Shown: positions 37,332-50,660 of the stretch, in pieces | Layout: each line of letters begins with the position of its first letter | How positions within the stretch are numbered: position 1 is the first letter of the stretch | Assembly (NCBI RefSeq): GCF_018350175.1 | Contig: NC_058372.1 | Location: forward strand, 97,590,001-97,654,000 | Source of the DNA: Felis catus | Lineage: Eukaryota | Direction: 5' to 3' | DNA length: 64,000 bases | The notes under the pieces: generated by a model | What the model saw: only the letters and a program-made list of their open reading frames with translations | Database searches by the model: none | Told to the model about the DNA's origin: nothing | Program-made: the position numbers and the translations under genes

Positions 37332-40300
37332 GCTTAGACTGTAATTGTACAAGTGACACAATGAAAGTACAAGATAGGGCGGTTTTGACTTTATTTTTCC
37401 CCACTTTTCTGCTTCTATGGATTTCATTTTGTTTTGTTTTCAAAAAGTTATGGTGCTGTATAGGTGCTTTCTGTTTAACCTGGAAAGTGTGATGATATTA
37501 GTTACCCTCTTTGGTAGACAGAATAGTTGGGAACACCTTTGGTACATATGAAACTGTGTAATGAAGCTCTGATTAGCACAGCATATGCATACTTCTCCAA
37601 AGTGATATATGAAGACTCTTTTCTTTGCATAAAAGCATTAGGCATATAAATGTATAAATAAATTTTATCATGTACAGTACAAAAATGGAACATTCTGCAT
37701 GGACGTTAGGAATACAGGCTAGTATTTCAGCACAGACCTCCCTGCATGAGTTCTCGCTGACACTTGCACTGTGCAGTGGGCACCGACTCCCTTCCACCAA
37801 CACAGACGTGCCACCCCACCCCCTGCACCTACCACCGGCCGCCAGGGGCCCCTTTGTGCACCTTTGCTTTATGATTCCTCTGGGGGTGATATTGGTGGTG
37901 ATAACAGCTCCTAGCATAATGAAAGTTCCATTTGACGTATTGTCACACGTCTTTCCCGCCTCGCGTGGGTTGTCATGTTTGAGTGATGGCCCTGTTGATT
38001 TCATCCTGCCTTTTACTGAATCTGTAAATTGTCGTGCAATTGTGGTTATAGTAGACTTGTAGCAATATTGCCTTTTCTAAACTGCTACACGTTTGTAATC
38101 TTCATTTTAAAAGTATGTATAATTTTTAAAAATATGTATTCTATTCACGTGGTCTGCTTGTCAGTGAGACAGACTTTTGCTTACTGTATTCCTTTATAAT
38201 AATGCTAGCCGCTTCCTTGATTCCTTGGTAGTCTACTATATGCAGGAACTGTTGAGCATCCGTGAAAGAAGGCTACCTCTCTGGGTTTCTAAGAAATGCT
38301 GCCCTGGGTGGGGATACATTTTAGAGGCAGCCACAGCAGCTGTGGGGACCGAAGGGTATAGGGGTATCAGGTACTAGGAAAATCCGGAGGGCTTACAGGA
38401 GTAGAGCCCAGAGAATTTCTCTCCTGAACTCAAATAAAAAAAAAAAAAGTAAACTAACAAAAATATCTATTTGCCTTTGCAGTTTTATAGACCCTGATTG
38501 CCACCTTGGCAGTAAGAAGAGCAACCCTCAAATATGTTTCAACTTTAAAATGTTGAATTCCTTTCAGACATGTGGCATCTCATTTATTCTCCTTTTTTCT
38601 CAGTGTTTGTTAGATTTTAGGCAGAATGTCTGACAGAATGTCCTAGAGCCAGATTATAATTTAATCTAAAACAGCTGAAGGAGGGACAGGAGGTATGAGA
38701 ACAGGGCTGCCTGAGAACAGGGCTGCCACAGAACACGTCAAGAATATGGAGGGGAAGGGGTGCTTTGAATTTGTGTGTTTTTTTGTTTGTTTTTAATGCA
38801 AATAGCATCTACGTGTAGAGCATTGTGGAGAGTCGAGATCAGGACAAAGTCCAGTGCCAGCATGAGTTCCAGGTGGGAGTCAGGCAAGAGCGGAACAGTT
38901 AGGCCTATCCAGGATCACAGCAGCACTTTTAGCCATGGCCACTGTCAGCTGGCCCTCCACCTGGAGGCCAGGCTCCCTGAGACTCGCTGGGTTCTTAGGT
39001 GGTCAGACGGGGCAGAGGTGCGACCTGACCTCCATTTCTTATACTGAGACTGCTTTCAGGAAGGCCCACCATGTGGCGTTCTGGATGTCATGGGTCCTTC
39101 TCAGTAAGCTTTCTGATCTGGAGCCTCTCAGTGGAATACTTAGTAGGCTCCGGGGGCCCGGCAGCTGTAATGTTTGCATCCTGATGAGAACTATTCCAGG
39201 CTGTCCTCAGCCTCTAAGTAAGCTGCTCTAGGGAGCCTTCCACTTTCTGATGGGAAATTAGAAGAGTAACTAATGTTGAAAACATGACATGTACTCTGGG
39301 GTTCTGTTCTCCCTTCAGGTCTCCAGAACCAGATACCTTTTACCAAAGTCAGAAAAGAGCTTTATCGTAAGCCTTCACTGTCCTGGTGTGAGAACAGACT
39401 GCCAGGTTCAGCGTACCCATTAACTGTGAATGAATCTGAGGTCGATTTCCTTTATTGCATCCTCTTCAATATAATGATTGCTGAGAACACGTGTTTTCTA
39501 AAAATTTCACAAGTTTGTCTTTCCTGTTAACGGGAGGATTACACACACATGTGTAGTACGAGGTGGACTTTGTGTGTGTGTGTGTGTTTGGTATTGAGTT
39601 TGGGTATTGTGTGCGTGTGTCACTTCACCACCCTGAGGTCAGATCCTCATGACTCCTAGCTCAGGACAGCTCTGCCAGGTCTCAGGGTATCATTTCAGGT
39701 GGCTTCTGATCTTGTTAAAGATGGTAGGGACAGACTTCATCTATACCCAGTGGACCCCGCCTGAAGAAGAAGGAACATTTGAATCTCTTGGAAAGACCTT
39801 CAAGAGTAAAGCGGTCATTCAGCCAGTCCTATTTTGCGTGCTCATGCCATGGGCTGGCAAAGGGAAATACAAATGTTACCCTTTCTCTCTGAAAGCAGAA
39901 GCAAACCCTGATAGCTCTAACTCTGATTTCCTTTTTCTTGCTGTAGTTGGGGAACATTGTAAGATTAGGCATACCATTGTATTTTTTAATTTAGCAAAGT
40001 TTTTTTGTAGAAATGCAATCACTGGCAAAGAGGTACGAAAAAGCCAGCCTCTCCTAAAGACTGGGGGCAGCAGGCACGATGAGGGTAAAGCGAAGCCCTT
40101 GTGAAATCATGTCTGCCAAACAAGATCTTCATGCAGATGCCCAAGTAACTGAAGAGTATATTCTATTTGATCTAAATCATCAGTAGATAACATTTTATGC
40201 AGTTTAAGTGAATGAACTATTTTCCTCTCTAGTTTTATTTGTGTGCGCTTTTCTTTGATGAATGATTGGTTCTGAGGCCTCTGCCACACTCCAGAATTAC

Positions 40301-40934
40301 TTGTGTGGCTGCTTTAAAAAATTGAATGTCTGGTCACTTATTTCTCTAAAATTATCTCATTGCCTGGCAATCAGTCTTCTCTCGTATACTTGTCCTAGCA
40401 CATTACATACATGGGAAATGTAAACAGATGTGAAGGAGGACCAGAAAAATGAGTTAATACTAAAAAAAAAAAATGTATTGTGCGTTTTGGCTTCACATGT
40501 TTAACTTTTTTAAGAAAAAAAAGTTGCATGAATGGAAAAAAAAATCTGTATACAGTATCTGTAAAATTGTCTTACCTGTTTCAATTTCTTGCTCATTCCC
40601 CATTCAGACTAGAATTAAATATGGTGCATGGCCATATTCAAACACCTAAGAGTCAAGCAGCTGATACTTTGGTTTGAAGCACCTCATTCTTTCTTTCCAA
40701 GCGAACACTATCATATTGCATTCTTACTGAGGATTTTGTCTAACCATACGTTGCCATGAATTAACTCTACCACCTTTCTTCCCAAAAATCAAAACCAGTT
40801 TGATTTGGGAATCTCCCCCTTTCCAAATGAAATAGAGATGCAGTACTTAACTTTCCTCGGTGTTTGTAGATATTGCCTTGTGTATTCCATTTACAGCCGT
40901 AATCTAGTTTGTAAACGAGATGGTGACGCATGTA

Positions 40935-40940
40935 AATAAA
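40935..40940 (+). terminator. FOXO3: FOXO3 major polyadenylation signal AATAAA
   Basis: Several upstream TGTA (CFIm-type) motifs and downstream U/GU-rich CGTCTTTTGTTCTCT. Confidence 0.85.
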
Positions 40941-42524
40941 GCATCAGTGACACTCTGTCTCACTCCAAGACGTCTTTTGTTCTCTCTTCCCCATCCTTTA
41001 CCTCCAGACATGAACTAGCTGCGTTTATGTCAAGGTCTTCCTTTGGAATTCCTTCACAGGCTGGGAGAGGCCCAAAGCTTGAAAGACTCTGTTGTGAACT
41101 CTCTAAACTGAATAATCTAGCAAGCTTTTTCTTCAGCCAACTTTCAAGCTCCACAGACAACCAGACAATTTAATAAAAGCAGATTTATGGCATCATTCAT
41201 GGTGGCTGATCGTCATTTGGGTGTGCACAGAATCATGTTGCCCTGGAGGAGCTTTTAAGTAGGAAGGCAGGATTTAGACTCTCTGCCTTTACTGAGTGTC
41301 GGAGATTTTGACCTAATAAGGTCCTCCTTGTGTGAGAGCAGCAGATGAGCACCGGTCATCAACAGAGCCTTCCTGCATATTGAAAATCACACACACACAA
41401 TATTTCAAACTTCTGGTGGCAACAGCACAAATATTTCCTTGGTATGTACGTTTAGGGCTTCTCAGACAAGTGAGCGGGAACCCCACCCCATCGTAAAACT
41501 ATCCCTCATAGCCTGAGTGGCATTTTTCATTTTAAAAGACATAAAAATGTTTCATCTTTTAGAAACTCCCTAGGATTGGGTTCAAAGTCCCAAGGAATAT
41601 GATGGACTCTTATTTCAGATCAAGTAGGTAAATAAGTTTGCCCTTTGGGATAAATTTTCTATTGGTTGAGAGTCATGCTTTCAGAAGTTTGTCCTTATCA
41701 TTGTTTTAATTACCTATGAAGGTAAAACCTCAACATCTTCTAATACCAAAGCCAACTGGGAAAACGTATTTAATTTGATTTTGTCCCCCAAAAGATTAAA
41801 GATAGAAATCTAATACTAGCTATCCTAAGATTCTCAGTAGGGAGTTCTCCTAAACCAGGTAAAAATTCAACCAAAAACCAATTAAAGTTAATGATCAACA
41901 ATTACCAAGTTAAGTGTGGCAGTGGCCCAGACTCTGATGAGCACCAGGAGAACCAGGACCTGGGCCCTGCCCCCATGAGTTTAGAGGTATCTGCTCCACC
42001 TTGATGAATAAAGGGCTAATTCTTGCTGACTCTCTCTGCTTCAGCTTCTGGGTTAAAGAAGGAAGAATTTGGATTAATCTCTATAACACTTTAGGGATTC
42101 AGTTTTGCAAATCAAGTTCAAGTAACGAGGGCAAACCTTTAAGCTAGCAAATGTGACCTGCATTAAGCCAGTCACACACACAATGGCTGGAATACAGGGG
42201 TCGAAGGTAGAGGAAGGTGGAATTCCTGGCTGCTATCTGCCAGATGCTCCACCCCATCCCCACACAGCCTGTCCCCTGGGACATGGAAAAGAAGGGAGAT
42301 GGCTACCAGGGAAGGGTCGGCAATGGGTAGGGGAGCATATTCGTAGCGTGGAGGTAAAGAAAGGAGCGTTCAGAAGGGGACTTACCTTAGCTCTGCTTTT
42401 ATCTCCAGCTGAGAGAAGCAATGGTGCTGGGATCTGAGGACTAGACACCTTTGGAACTGGAGGAAGAGGAGGACTTCCTTCCAAATTTGAATGAGGAAAA
42501 CTATCAGCAATATGTAAGACCTGA

Positions 42525-42526
<2 letters not shown>

Positions 42527-42574
<48 letters not shown>
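42527..42574. repeat. (GT)~24 microsatellite
   Basis: Read directly. Confidence 0.95.
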
Positions 42575-42576
<2 letters not shown>

Positions 42577-43803
42577 TTCTGCCAAGTGACTGTCCTATAA
42601 TAATGGCTCAAAACTGCATTGTTGCGTGCCTTCTCTGAGGACTTCCTAGAAACACTACAAACATCCCCACTCCCACTCAGGTAAGAAAAATGTTGATTCC
42701 CTTCTTGTATTGGCACAGGGCCTCCTCTGAATCCTACCTCACCCATCTGCACCTACAGTGCCAGGCACAGTCTTTGTCCCAGAGAAATGGGCCTAAAGGA
42801 GCTGGAGTGAAATGTAGGGCTGCTGGCACGAGTTCTTACGTGGGTGAATCCTACGAATGATATACTAAGAATATGATGGAGGGGCAGAGGACGTAAAGCC
42901 AAGGTGACCCAAAGGAGGGGAACATTTGAACAGAAAGGCAAAAATGGGTTGAGTTTTCTGGTTCAAGTGATGAATCTCAAGGACAGAGGAGGCAGGAAAG
43001 ATTGGACCGTATTTGGGAAACAGTGAGTAGTGGGCTTGTTTGGGGCTTAAAGAGCTCAAGGAAGATCAATGAGAAGTCAGACAAGGAAAGTGGGCTGCTA
43101 GAAAATTCTAGAACTGTGGCTTGGACTCTGATAGTGGAATGGGAAGAGGGCAGGGACCTATTTTGAGTGAGCCTTTAGAAAGGGCACACCGTGGGAGGTG
43201 GATCCTAGGAGGAGGATGTTGAGGAAATGAGAAGTCATGGTTTTTCTGGAACTATTTTCACAACATGCTACCCACAGAAAATGATGAGTGTATTGCTCAT
43301 TGGGATGACAGAGAAAGCTGCTCCAGGTCCCGGGCCCTAGAAGCTGCCCCAAGGCTGACAGGTTAATAGTTCTCAGCATCCTTGTGACTTTGCAACCCAG
43401 GTAAGAGTCCTGATCTAGCGGAAATCACAGAAAACTTAGTTAAGTCCAGAAGATTTTGGCTTTCAACTCTTTACCTTGTGTACAATTTTAATTTATCAAA
43501 GTGGGAGTGTATTACTTTTATAAAGACACCTACAGTTTCATGCTGGGACCTATCCCTAGGAGACAAATGTCCATTTTACCTGGCAATTGGGTTACAGAAT
43601 TTTTTGTCAAAATTATCTTCATTTTGTTGCAGTGTATTTAAAAAAAAATTTTTTTGAAAGGTAATGCATTTGCATGAGTCAAGGTGGAAAGCCTGGCTTT
43701 GACTTCTAAGACTGCAAGAAATAAGCAATAAGGTGGGAGAAGGGTATTAGGGTGTAAAAGTGGAGATAATGAGGTGACTGTTCTGTTTAAAAGGAATCTG
43801 ATA

Positions 43804-44020
43804 GGGGCGCCTGGGTGGCTCAGTCGATTGGGCATCCAACTTCGGCTCAGGTCATGATCTCATGGTTTGTGAATTCAAGCCCCACGTTGGGCTCTGTGCT
43901 GACAGCTCAGAGCCTGGAGCCTGCTTCAGATTCTGTGTCTCCCTCTCTCTCTGCACTGCACCACCCCCCCAACTCATGCTCTGTCTCTCAAAAATAAACA
44001 TTAAAAAATAAAACATAAAT
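43804..44020 (+). mobile_element. CAN-SINE (SINEC_Fc-like)
   Basis: TSD AAAAGGAATCTGATA. Confidence 0.93.
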
Positions 44021-44779
44021 AAAAGGAATCTGATAAACGAATAGTATCACTGCAAAGTTATGTCTTCATAACTTTGGATTTCCATAATTTCATCCTATTA
44101 ACATCTTGAATATCAGTGTAGGGAATACCTAGCCAGAACAAAGGAGTATTACGCATCAATTAAAATAATAGTTATGAAAGCTCTTCATATATTTAGAAAA
44201 TGCTCATATTGGATATGCTCTTAGAAATGTAATTATTGCTGTCCTATTATAACCTTATGTATTAATATTAGAAAAAAAGAACAGAAATAGTACCGCCAGT
44301 GTAAACTATGGCTGGGGAGAGGTCCTAAAAGGAAAAATGCAAAAATTGAAATAATTCTTGTGACACTTTTGGCCTCAACACTGGACCTTGGACCTCAACT
44401 GTTGCCACCATGAAGTATTCCTCAGTCCCTCCTCCAAATTCAAAGTCAGAGGGCACCTGCTGGAGCCCCCGCTGGCAGTGGCATCAGGAACCACGAACCA
44501 TGTTCTGCTCCAGTAGGGGAGGAGGGGCTCTTCCTCCTGCCGGGATATTCCTATTGGATGACTCCCTCAAGTAGGAGGGGATGCTCATGCTGGAACCTGT
44601 CCCCACAAGACAAGTGTCTTTTGGGCTATGGAATTTTTGGTTAAAATTATCTTCATTTTGTTGCACTGTATTTTTAAATACTTTGAAAGTTAATTCACAA
44701 GATCCAAAAACCAGAAAGCATGTAGATACACGCAAGAATGTTTTCTTTTCTTCCCTGGTGTAGTTGTCCCCATTGTTCC

Positions 44780-45270
44780 TCTCACCTCAGAATTTATTGT
44801 GCATGCTTCCAGGATTTCTTCTGCACCCACAAGCAATAAAAACACAAATTCTTATTTCCCCCTTTTTATTACCCAAAAAGTACATTATACACACTGTCAG
44901 GCATCTTACTTTGTTAACTACTTTCTCACACATAGAGAAAATATCAGTACATAGAAAGCCTCCTCATTTTATAGTACCATAGCATCCCATTGTATTATAT
45001 CATAGCTCATATAACCAGTAGTCCCCTATTGATAGACAACAAATAATTGTTTCTAAATGTTATTATCAACAACACTGCAGTGAATAACCTTATACATATG
45101 TTACATACACACGTAAGTATCTTTGTATGATTAATACCTAAATTTGGACTTGCTGGGCCAAAGCGTACATGTACATTTGTGATTTTAACATAGATTGACC
45201 AAACTGCCCTCCAAGGTACCAATTCACATCACCAACAATATAGGAGAACCTCTGTTTTCCCACAGCCTCG
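44780..45270 (-). mobile_element. Old L1M 3' fragment
   Basis: CCCTATTGATAGACA...AACACTGCAGTGAATAACCTT...CAAACTGCCCTCCAA...CACCAACAATATAGGAGAAC. Confidence 0.7.
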
Positions 45271-45271
45271 T

Positions 45272-45499
45272 ATTTTTAATGTTTTAAATTTTTTTTTGTA
45301 ACTTTTATTTATTTTTGAGACAAAGAGAGACAGAGCATGAATGGGGGAGGTTTCAGAGAGAGGGAGACAGAATCTGAAACAGGCTCCAGGCTCTGAGTTG
45401 TCAGCACAGAGCCCGACACGGGGTTCGAACTCACGGACCGCGAGATCACGACCTGAGCCGAAGTCGGCCGCTTAACCGACTGAGCCACTCAGGCGCCCC
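45272..45499 (-). mobile_element. SINEC_Fc
   Basis: CpG-rich reverse body ending CAGGCGCCCC. Confidence 0.92.
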
Positions 45500-46299
45500 T
45501 ATTTTAAAAAATTACATTGCAAGTCTGTCTTTCCCTCTTCCCCTCCAAACTCCTTTTAGTACTACCTAAGGTAATGAGGGCCCGGTGCGAGGGAGGGATG
45601 CAAGGTAGGAGGGGCTCAGGAGGCAGAGTCAGGGCAGCCTGGCAATGGCTGGGGACAGAGGAGGAGCTGCTGGCGCTCAGTTAAACACCCATCCTTGTGC
45701 CAGCACGCTGAGGATCGTGGTGCCAACCTGTCCATCCAGTCTGGCCACAGGCCCCACCCCTCACGCCACCAGCTTGGACCGCCCAGCCTCAGGGTCAGCA
45801 GCCTGACCTCACAGCTGCGCTCCCTTACCTCCCAGAATTCCAGAGGGGAGCTGTCACCTGAAGGAAACCAGTCTGGTCTCTTTGGCACCAAACCACACAC
45901 CTAGACCTATTCATGGCAAGATTGCACAAGCAGCTGGAGAGCAGCCCGGCTGGCTGGGCATGGGGAGAGCAGGGCCACTTGTGGGCCAGGCCATGACCCG
46001 TCGGTGCCCCCGGCAGGCCTTCCAGCTTTCAGAGCAGGGCTGTCCCTGGGGGCGGGGGAGGGGGGGTTCTGCGGCCTCAAAGTTCTGGCTGGCTTCTCCT
46101 CCTAAGTGGGGGAAACCTGTCCCTCCAAAGGAAAACTCTAACACTCTCCTGTGAGCTGGTGCCCCACGAGCTCTCCTTCTGCCCTACCGTGCCGGTAGGA
46201 GGGGGAGCCTCTCCTTAGCACAGAAACCAGGAGGCCAGCTTTTACACAAGAGGAAACTGAGTCACTTAATGACTAAGCCCTTCATGTCTCTGTGGGGAG

Positions 46300-46520
46300 C
46301 CAGTATCATGGAGTAAGGGAGGGAAACTCAACTCTGAAATGGGACAGATGTTGATTTGAACCCAGCCCTACCTGTTCCCTAGCTGAATAATGATTAGGTG
46401 GGTCAATTAACTTCTCTGGGCCTCTGTTTTTTCTCGTGTGAAATGGGAACAAGGCTGCCTGTGTTGTGAATTGTGAGGATCACCTGAGAACATGCCTGTG
46501 AAGGATTGCAGCGTGCTTCC
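46300..46520 (+). mobile_element. MIR fragment
   Basis: TTAACTTCTCTGGGCCTCTGTTTTTTCTCGTGTGAAATGGG. Confidence 0.6.
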
Positions 46521-46597
46521 CCATCAGCAGGAGACCTTCGTCAGAGTCCTCTCTGTTTACACACAGCCCATGGGCCCACACACTGTGGGATGTTGGA

Positions 46598-46975
46598 TTT
46601 TTTTTTTTTTAGTTGAAGTATAGTTGACACACAATAGAGTATATTGGAACAGTGGTTGCAGATGTACAACACAGCGATTTGACAAGTTTGTAAGTTATGC
46701 TGTACTCGCTGCAAGTGTAGTTACTGCCTGTCACTACGCATCACTCTTACAACACCCTGAACTGCATTCCCTGTGCTGAGCCTCTCATCCCTGTGACTTA
46801 CTCCATAAATGGAAGCCTGTATCTCCTGCTCCTCTTCACCCATTTGCCTGTCTTCCCACCCTCTCCCCTTTGGCAAACCATCAGTTTGTTCTCTGTATTT
46901 AAAGGTCTGGCTCTGCTTTTTGTTTGTTTGTTCATTTGCTCTGGGGTGTTGGTTTTTATCATGTAAACATATAAA
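46598..46975 (-). mobile_element. Carnivore L1 3' end
   Basis: Poly-T, TTGAAGTATAGTTGACACACAAT...GGCAAACCATCAGTTTGTTCTCTGTATTT. Confidence 0.8.
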
Positions 46976-47599
46976 ACAAACTTTGACATATTAATGAGCC
47001 CCATCAGTATAATTAGACTGCGCAGTAATTAAGCATGAAAGGTAACCAACTTGTAAAGTTTTCCTGCTCTCATTTTCTTTGATGTTCTTTGGGATCTGTT
47101 AGCAGTACCGTGTGCATGGTCCATGCTGTGTGCAATAGAATCATCATCATGATCACAAAGAACTCAAATGTCACGAGGCGGGGTGGGGGGGGGGTGCTGT
47201 TGGGAGGCTTGTTTCTGGTCCTAGCTCTGCCATTTAATACTGTGTGGTCTAGAGGGAGTTATTTCCCTCCTTGGGGCCTCGGGTTTCCCCATCTGCAAAA
47301 GTCTACTTCAGGAACATTCCACACTTCATAAGGCTGTCATTATGGGCCCAGATATGGAGCACACATTTCACAAGCCACAAAGCAAGTACCAGGACCACAG
47401 ATGCTTCTTTGAGTTAGGAAGTCGGCAAATGTTAATACATTCGTTTTCCAGAAGGGAAACTGAGGCAGAGTCCAAAGTGGGTTTAAAGATTCGTGGTTTC
47501 TTGCTACTCCCCAACCCTCTGCCTTCAAAGCCACACACTTTAGGCTGTGAGACCCTGGAGAGAGAGTTGGGGTACAGCGCACCCTGAGGAGGCAGGAAA

Positions 47600-48480
47600 A
47601 GGATGGCAGAAAAGGAGGCAGAGATGGAGGAGACCCAGTGGGAAGGGGACCTGCGGCAGAGACGGCAGGGGAGGGGGTGGGGGGAAGGAGCTGCGCGCGC
47701 CGTACACAAACGTTAGCCCTATAACCGGCCTGCTGGCATTACAGTGAGACTCTCTAATTTGTGTCCTAAACAAGTGGAATGACCCAGGCAGCGCCGCAGG
47801 AAGGGCTCTCCGACAGACACAGGGCGATCCCCTGCTCCTTTGAAGGGTACCAGGAATGACAGGAGGCTGGGAGCCACTGGTGTAATGAAGGGAAGCGGTC
47901 GGCCCCCCACTCCCCCACCCCCGGCTCCCCGCCCGTCCTCCCGCCACCGCCACCGGTGTGTGGGGGAGGGGCAGGGGGACAGGCAGGCAGGCGGAGAAAG
48001 AGGCCTCTGAGTTGCCCTCTCCCGGATGTGCCTGGATGGCATTTCCTCCGTAGACCCCTTCCTGCCCAAGGCACTCTCGTGGCCCTGCTGGGTGTTTGGA
48101 GAACAGAATGAAAGCGAACTTCCCTGGGCGGTTTAAAGCTTTTAATTGCCCTGTGTGTACCTCCCTGAGCGTCAAGGCTCAGGCCGCCTCTCTCCCGCTT
48201 GGCCCTGCCCAGGGTTAGCTCCACTCTGGGACAGTCAAAAAACTTTCCACTGGGGCCTGATTCTGTACATTTAGGTTCTTGTTAAGAGAAGCCACTTGTT
48301 AACTACAGAACTGAAAGCAAATGTAACCTGGACAGCAGCGAGACGTTTCTATAATATAAAATGCACGGTTGGAAAACCCTCCTATGTGCGAGCCTGTGGA
48401 CCTGCTTCTTCAGAAGCCCGTGGTGAGCGGCACCGCGTGGATCTCAGAGTCAGACACCGTGATGGGGCCGGCCTCTATCC
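47600..48480. promoter_or_regulatory. CpG/GC-rich putative enhancer or promoter downstream of FOXO3
   Basis: Local CpG excess (GCGCGCGCCG, CCCCGCCCG GC box), G-runs, no recognisable repeat. Confidence 0.45.
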
Positions 48481-48999
48481 TCCCTGTGACCTCGGGCCCT
48501 TGTGGTTTCCTGGGGGTAATAATACCTCCCTTTAGGATTCTTATGAGGATTAGAGCTAATGCATACAAACACCTACTTACTTATTTACCCTAGAATTCAA
48601 CGCATATTTCCTGAGGGCCTACTGTGTGCCGGCACTGGTCTAGTTAGTGGTTAAGAGCTCAGGTCTTTCATTTTAGAGATTCACCTCTATGGAGCTTCTG
48701 CTCAAGAGGATACTTCATTAAAAAAGAAAAAAAAGAAAGAAGGAAAGAGCTCACCAGCCTTTAGAAACAGAAAAGTAACCTTAGTCAGGTTACCTAACCT
48801 CCTGTACCACCCTTTTCTCATCTGATGAATGGAGAGGACCATAATGCCCCCTACCTGGCCGTGTTAGTGTGAGCGTTAAATGAGATGCTACGCCACAGCA
48901 CTCAGTGTCTGGTACAGAGCAAGTGCTTGATGAACTTTAGCTGTATTTATCAGTACTTTGGAATTGCTCAATAAATCAAAGAGCGTAGATTTTGTAACT

Positions 49000-49220
49000 G
49001 GGTTTCTAAAATGTAGTCGCTCTACCTTCCAGTGACAAAGGAAAGCAGATATTTCAAAATGAGCCCCTGTGGGGATGAAGGGAGCTTGCTAAAAACTCGG
49101 ATTCCTTGGGTCCATTTCAGAAGTGCTGAATCCGCATCCAACGGGGCCTGAAATTCTGCCTTTTCAAACATTGTTTTTCATGATTCTGAAGTACACTAAA
49201 GTGTGAAAATTCCTGGGAGT
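49000..49220. mobile_element. MER5-like MITE
   Basis: GGAGCTTGCTAAAAACTCGGATTCCTTGGG...TGATTCTGAAGTACACTAAAGTGTGA. Confidence 0.5.
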
Positions 49221-49257
49221 AAGAGGTAAAAATGCTCCGCCATTGAGGGGGATTCTC

Positions 49258-49703
49258 TGTGGTGTGCAGAATAATGGCTCCCCCAAAGATGTTCATGTTC
49301 TGATCCCTGGAACCTGTGACTATGTTAGGTTACAAGGGGGAATTCAGTTAATAGTAAACTTTACAATAAGGAGATTATCTACCCAATGTAACACATGTGT
49401 CCTTAAATGGAGTAGAGGAAGACGGAAGAGTTAGAATCGGCGGAATGGCATTGTGAGGAAGACTCCACTGGCCTTGAAGATGAAGGAACCGCCCCCAGGG
49501 TAAGGGATGTGGGCAGCCTCTAGAAACCAGAAAAGGCAAGAAAATGGATTCTCTCATAGACCCTCCAGAAGGAACACAGCCCTGCTTGATTTGAGTCCCA
49601 TGAGACCCATTCTGGACCTCTGACCTCTAGAATCATGATAAATTTTTGTTGTTTTAAGCCACTAAGTTTGTGGTGATTTGTTACAGCAGCAACAGGAAAG
49701 GAA
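49258..49703 (+). mobile_element. MaLR solo LTR (MLT1-type)
   Basis: TGTGGTGTGCAGAATAATGGCTCCCCCAAAGATG...AAGCCACTAAGTTTGTGGTGATTTGTTACAGCAGCAACAGGAAA. Confidence 0.88.
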
Positions 49704-50464
49704 AATGTCCTCTTCAAGCACGTTGGATTCGTGTCGCCAGATGTGGAAGACCCATGAGGCCCAGCCTTGGGCTAGGGTGGGAGCCTTGAATGAGGGGAGC
49801 AACAAGGGAAGGAGCCCAGCTGCCCAGTTGAGGGCTGCCCTCATGGATTTGCTGACCCTCTTTTTGTTATTTTGTCCTTGTTCATCTACTCTCTGATATT
49901 CAGGACGGCTGTTGAACAGGACTCACATACATCAGGGAGGCTCAGAGGGTCTACAAACTGCAAACAATCTGGAGGCCCAGGGGATCTCTATCATGTTTCC
50001 CACCTCAACCAAGAGGGCCTGAAGCACCTGCAAATGGCCCAGAACCCTGAGGAAAGGGAAAAGAACATTCCAGGAACCTCCCAAGTGGAGTGGAACACTC
50101 CTTCCCCACACCCAGATTCTCTGGAGATGGGAAGATGAAAAGCAGTTCTCACGCCCACACCCTCCCAAGAGTGGGCCTTGCAAGGACTTCCACATCCATT
50201 GGTTCTTTGCTCTCCAGGGGCTCCTCTGGCACTGGGCTAGCCTGTAGCCCTTCTTCTCCTCTCCCCCTGCCACTCCCTTCCCTGCCACCTCGTGCGTCCC
50301 CTGCTCTCTGACCTGCTGAGACCCACTGAGTGGCAGGCACTGTGCTGATGGTTTTACATGCATCATCTTTTTTTTTCTCCTGATTTTATTATGAAAATCT
50401 TCAAACATACAGAAAAGTTGGAAGAGTGATGACCCATATTACCTGTCACCTCAAGTCAACAATT

Positions 50465-50660
50465 CTTTACTTATTTTGAGGGAGAGAGAGAGCGCGTGCA
50501 TGTGAGCAGGGCAGAAGGAGGGAGAGAGAGAATCCCAAACGGGCTCCTGGCTGTCAGTGCAGTGCTGTGCAGTGCTACTTAATCTCACGAGTTGTGAAAT
50601 TATGACCTGAGCCAAAATCAAGAGACAGACACTCAACCAACCAAGCCACCCAGGTGCCCC
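50465..50660 (-). mobile_element. CAN-SINE
   Basis: Reverse body ending GCCACCCAGGTGCCCC; flanking TCAACAAT. Confidence 0.85.

Larger units (their letters stand above)
36131..40956 (+). other. FOXO3: FOXO3 terminal non-coding exon (long 3'UTR)
   Basis: Starts ACCCTCAAACTGACACAAGACCTACAGAG after a strong acceptor; ends after AATAAA at GCATCAGTGACACTCT, matching recalled FOXO3 mRNA; cleavage position approximate. Confidence 0.88.

Noticed and set aside
37144..37492. YIYIYI ORFs
   Set aside because: Translation of the (TA)n microsatellite
47540..48224. 211-aa and 152-aa minus-strand ORFs
   Set aside because: GC-rich stop-poor sequence, non-ATG starts, no domain similarity recognisable
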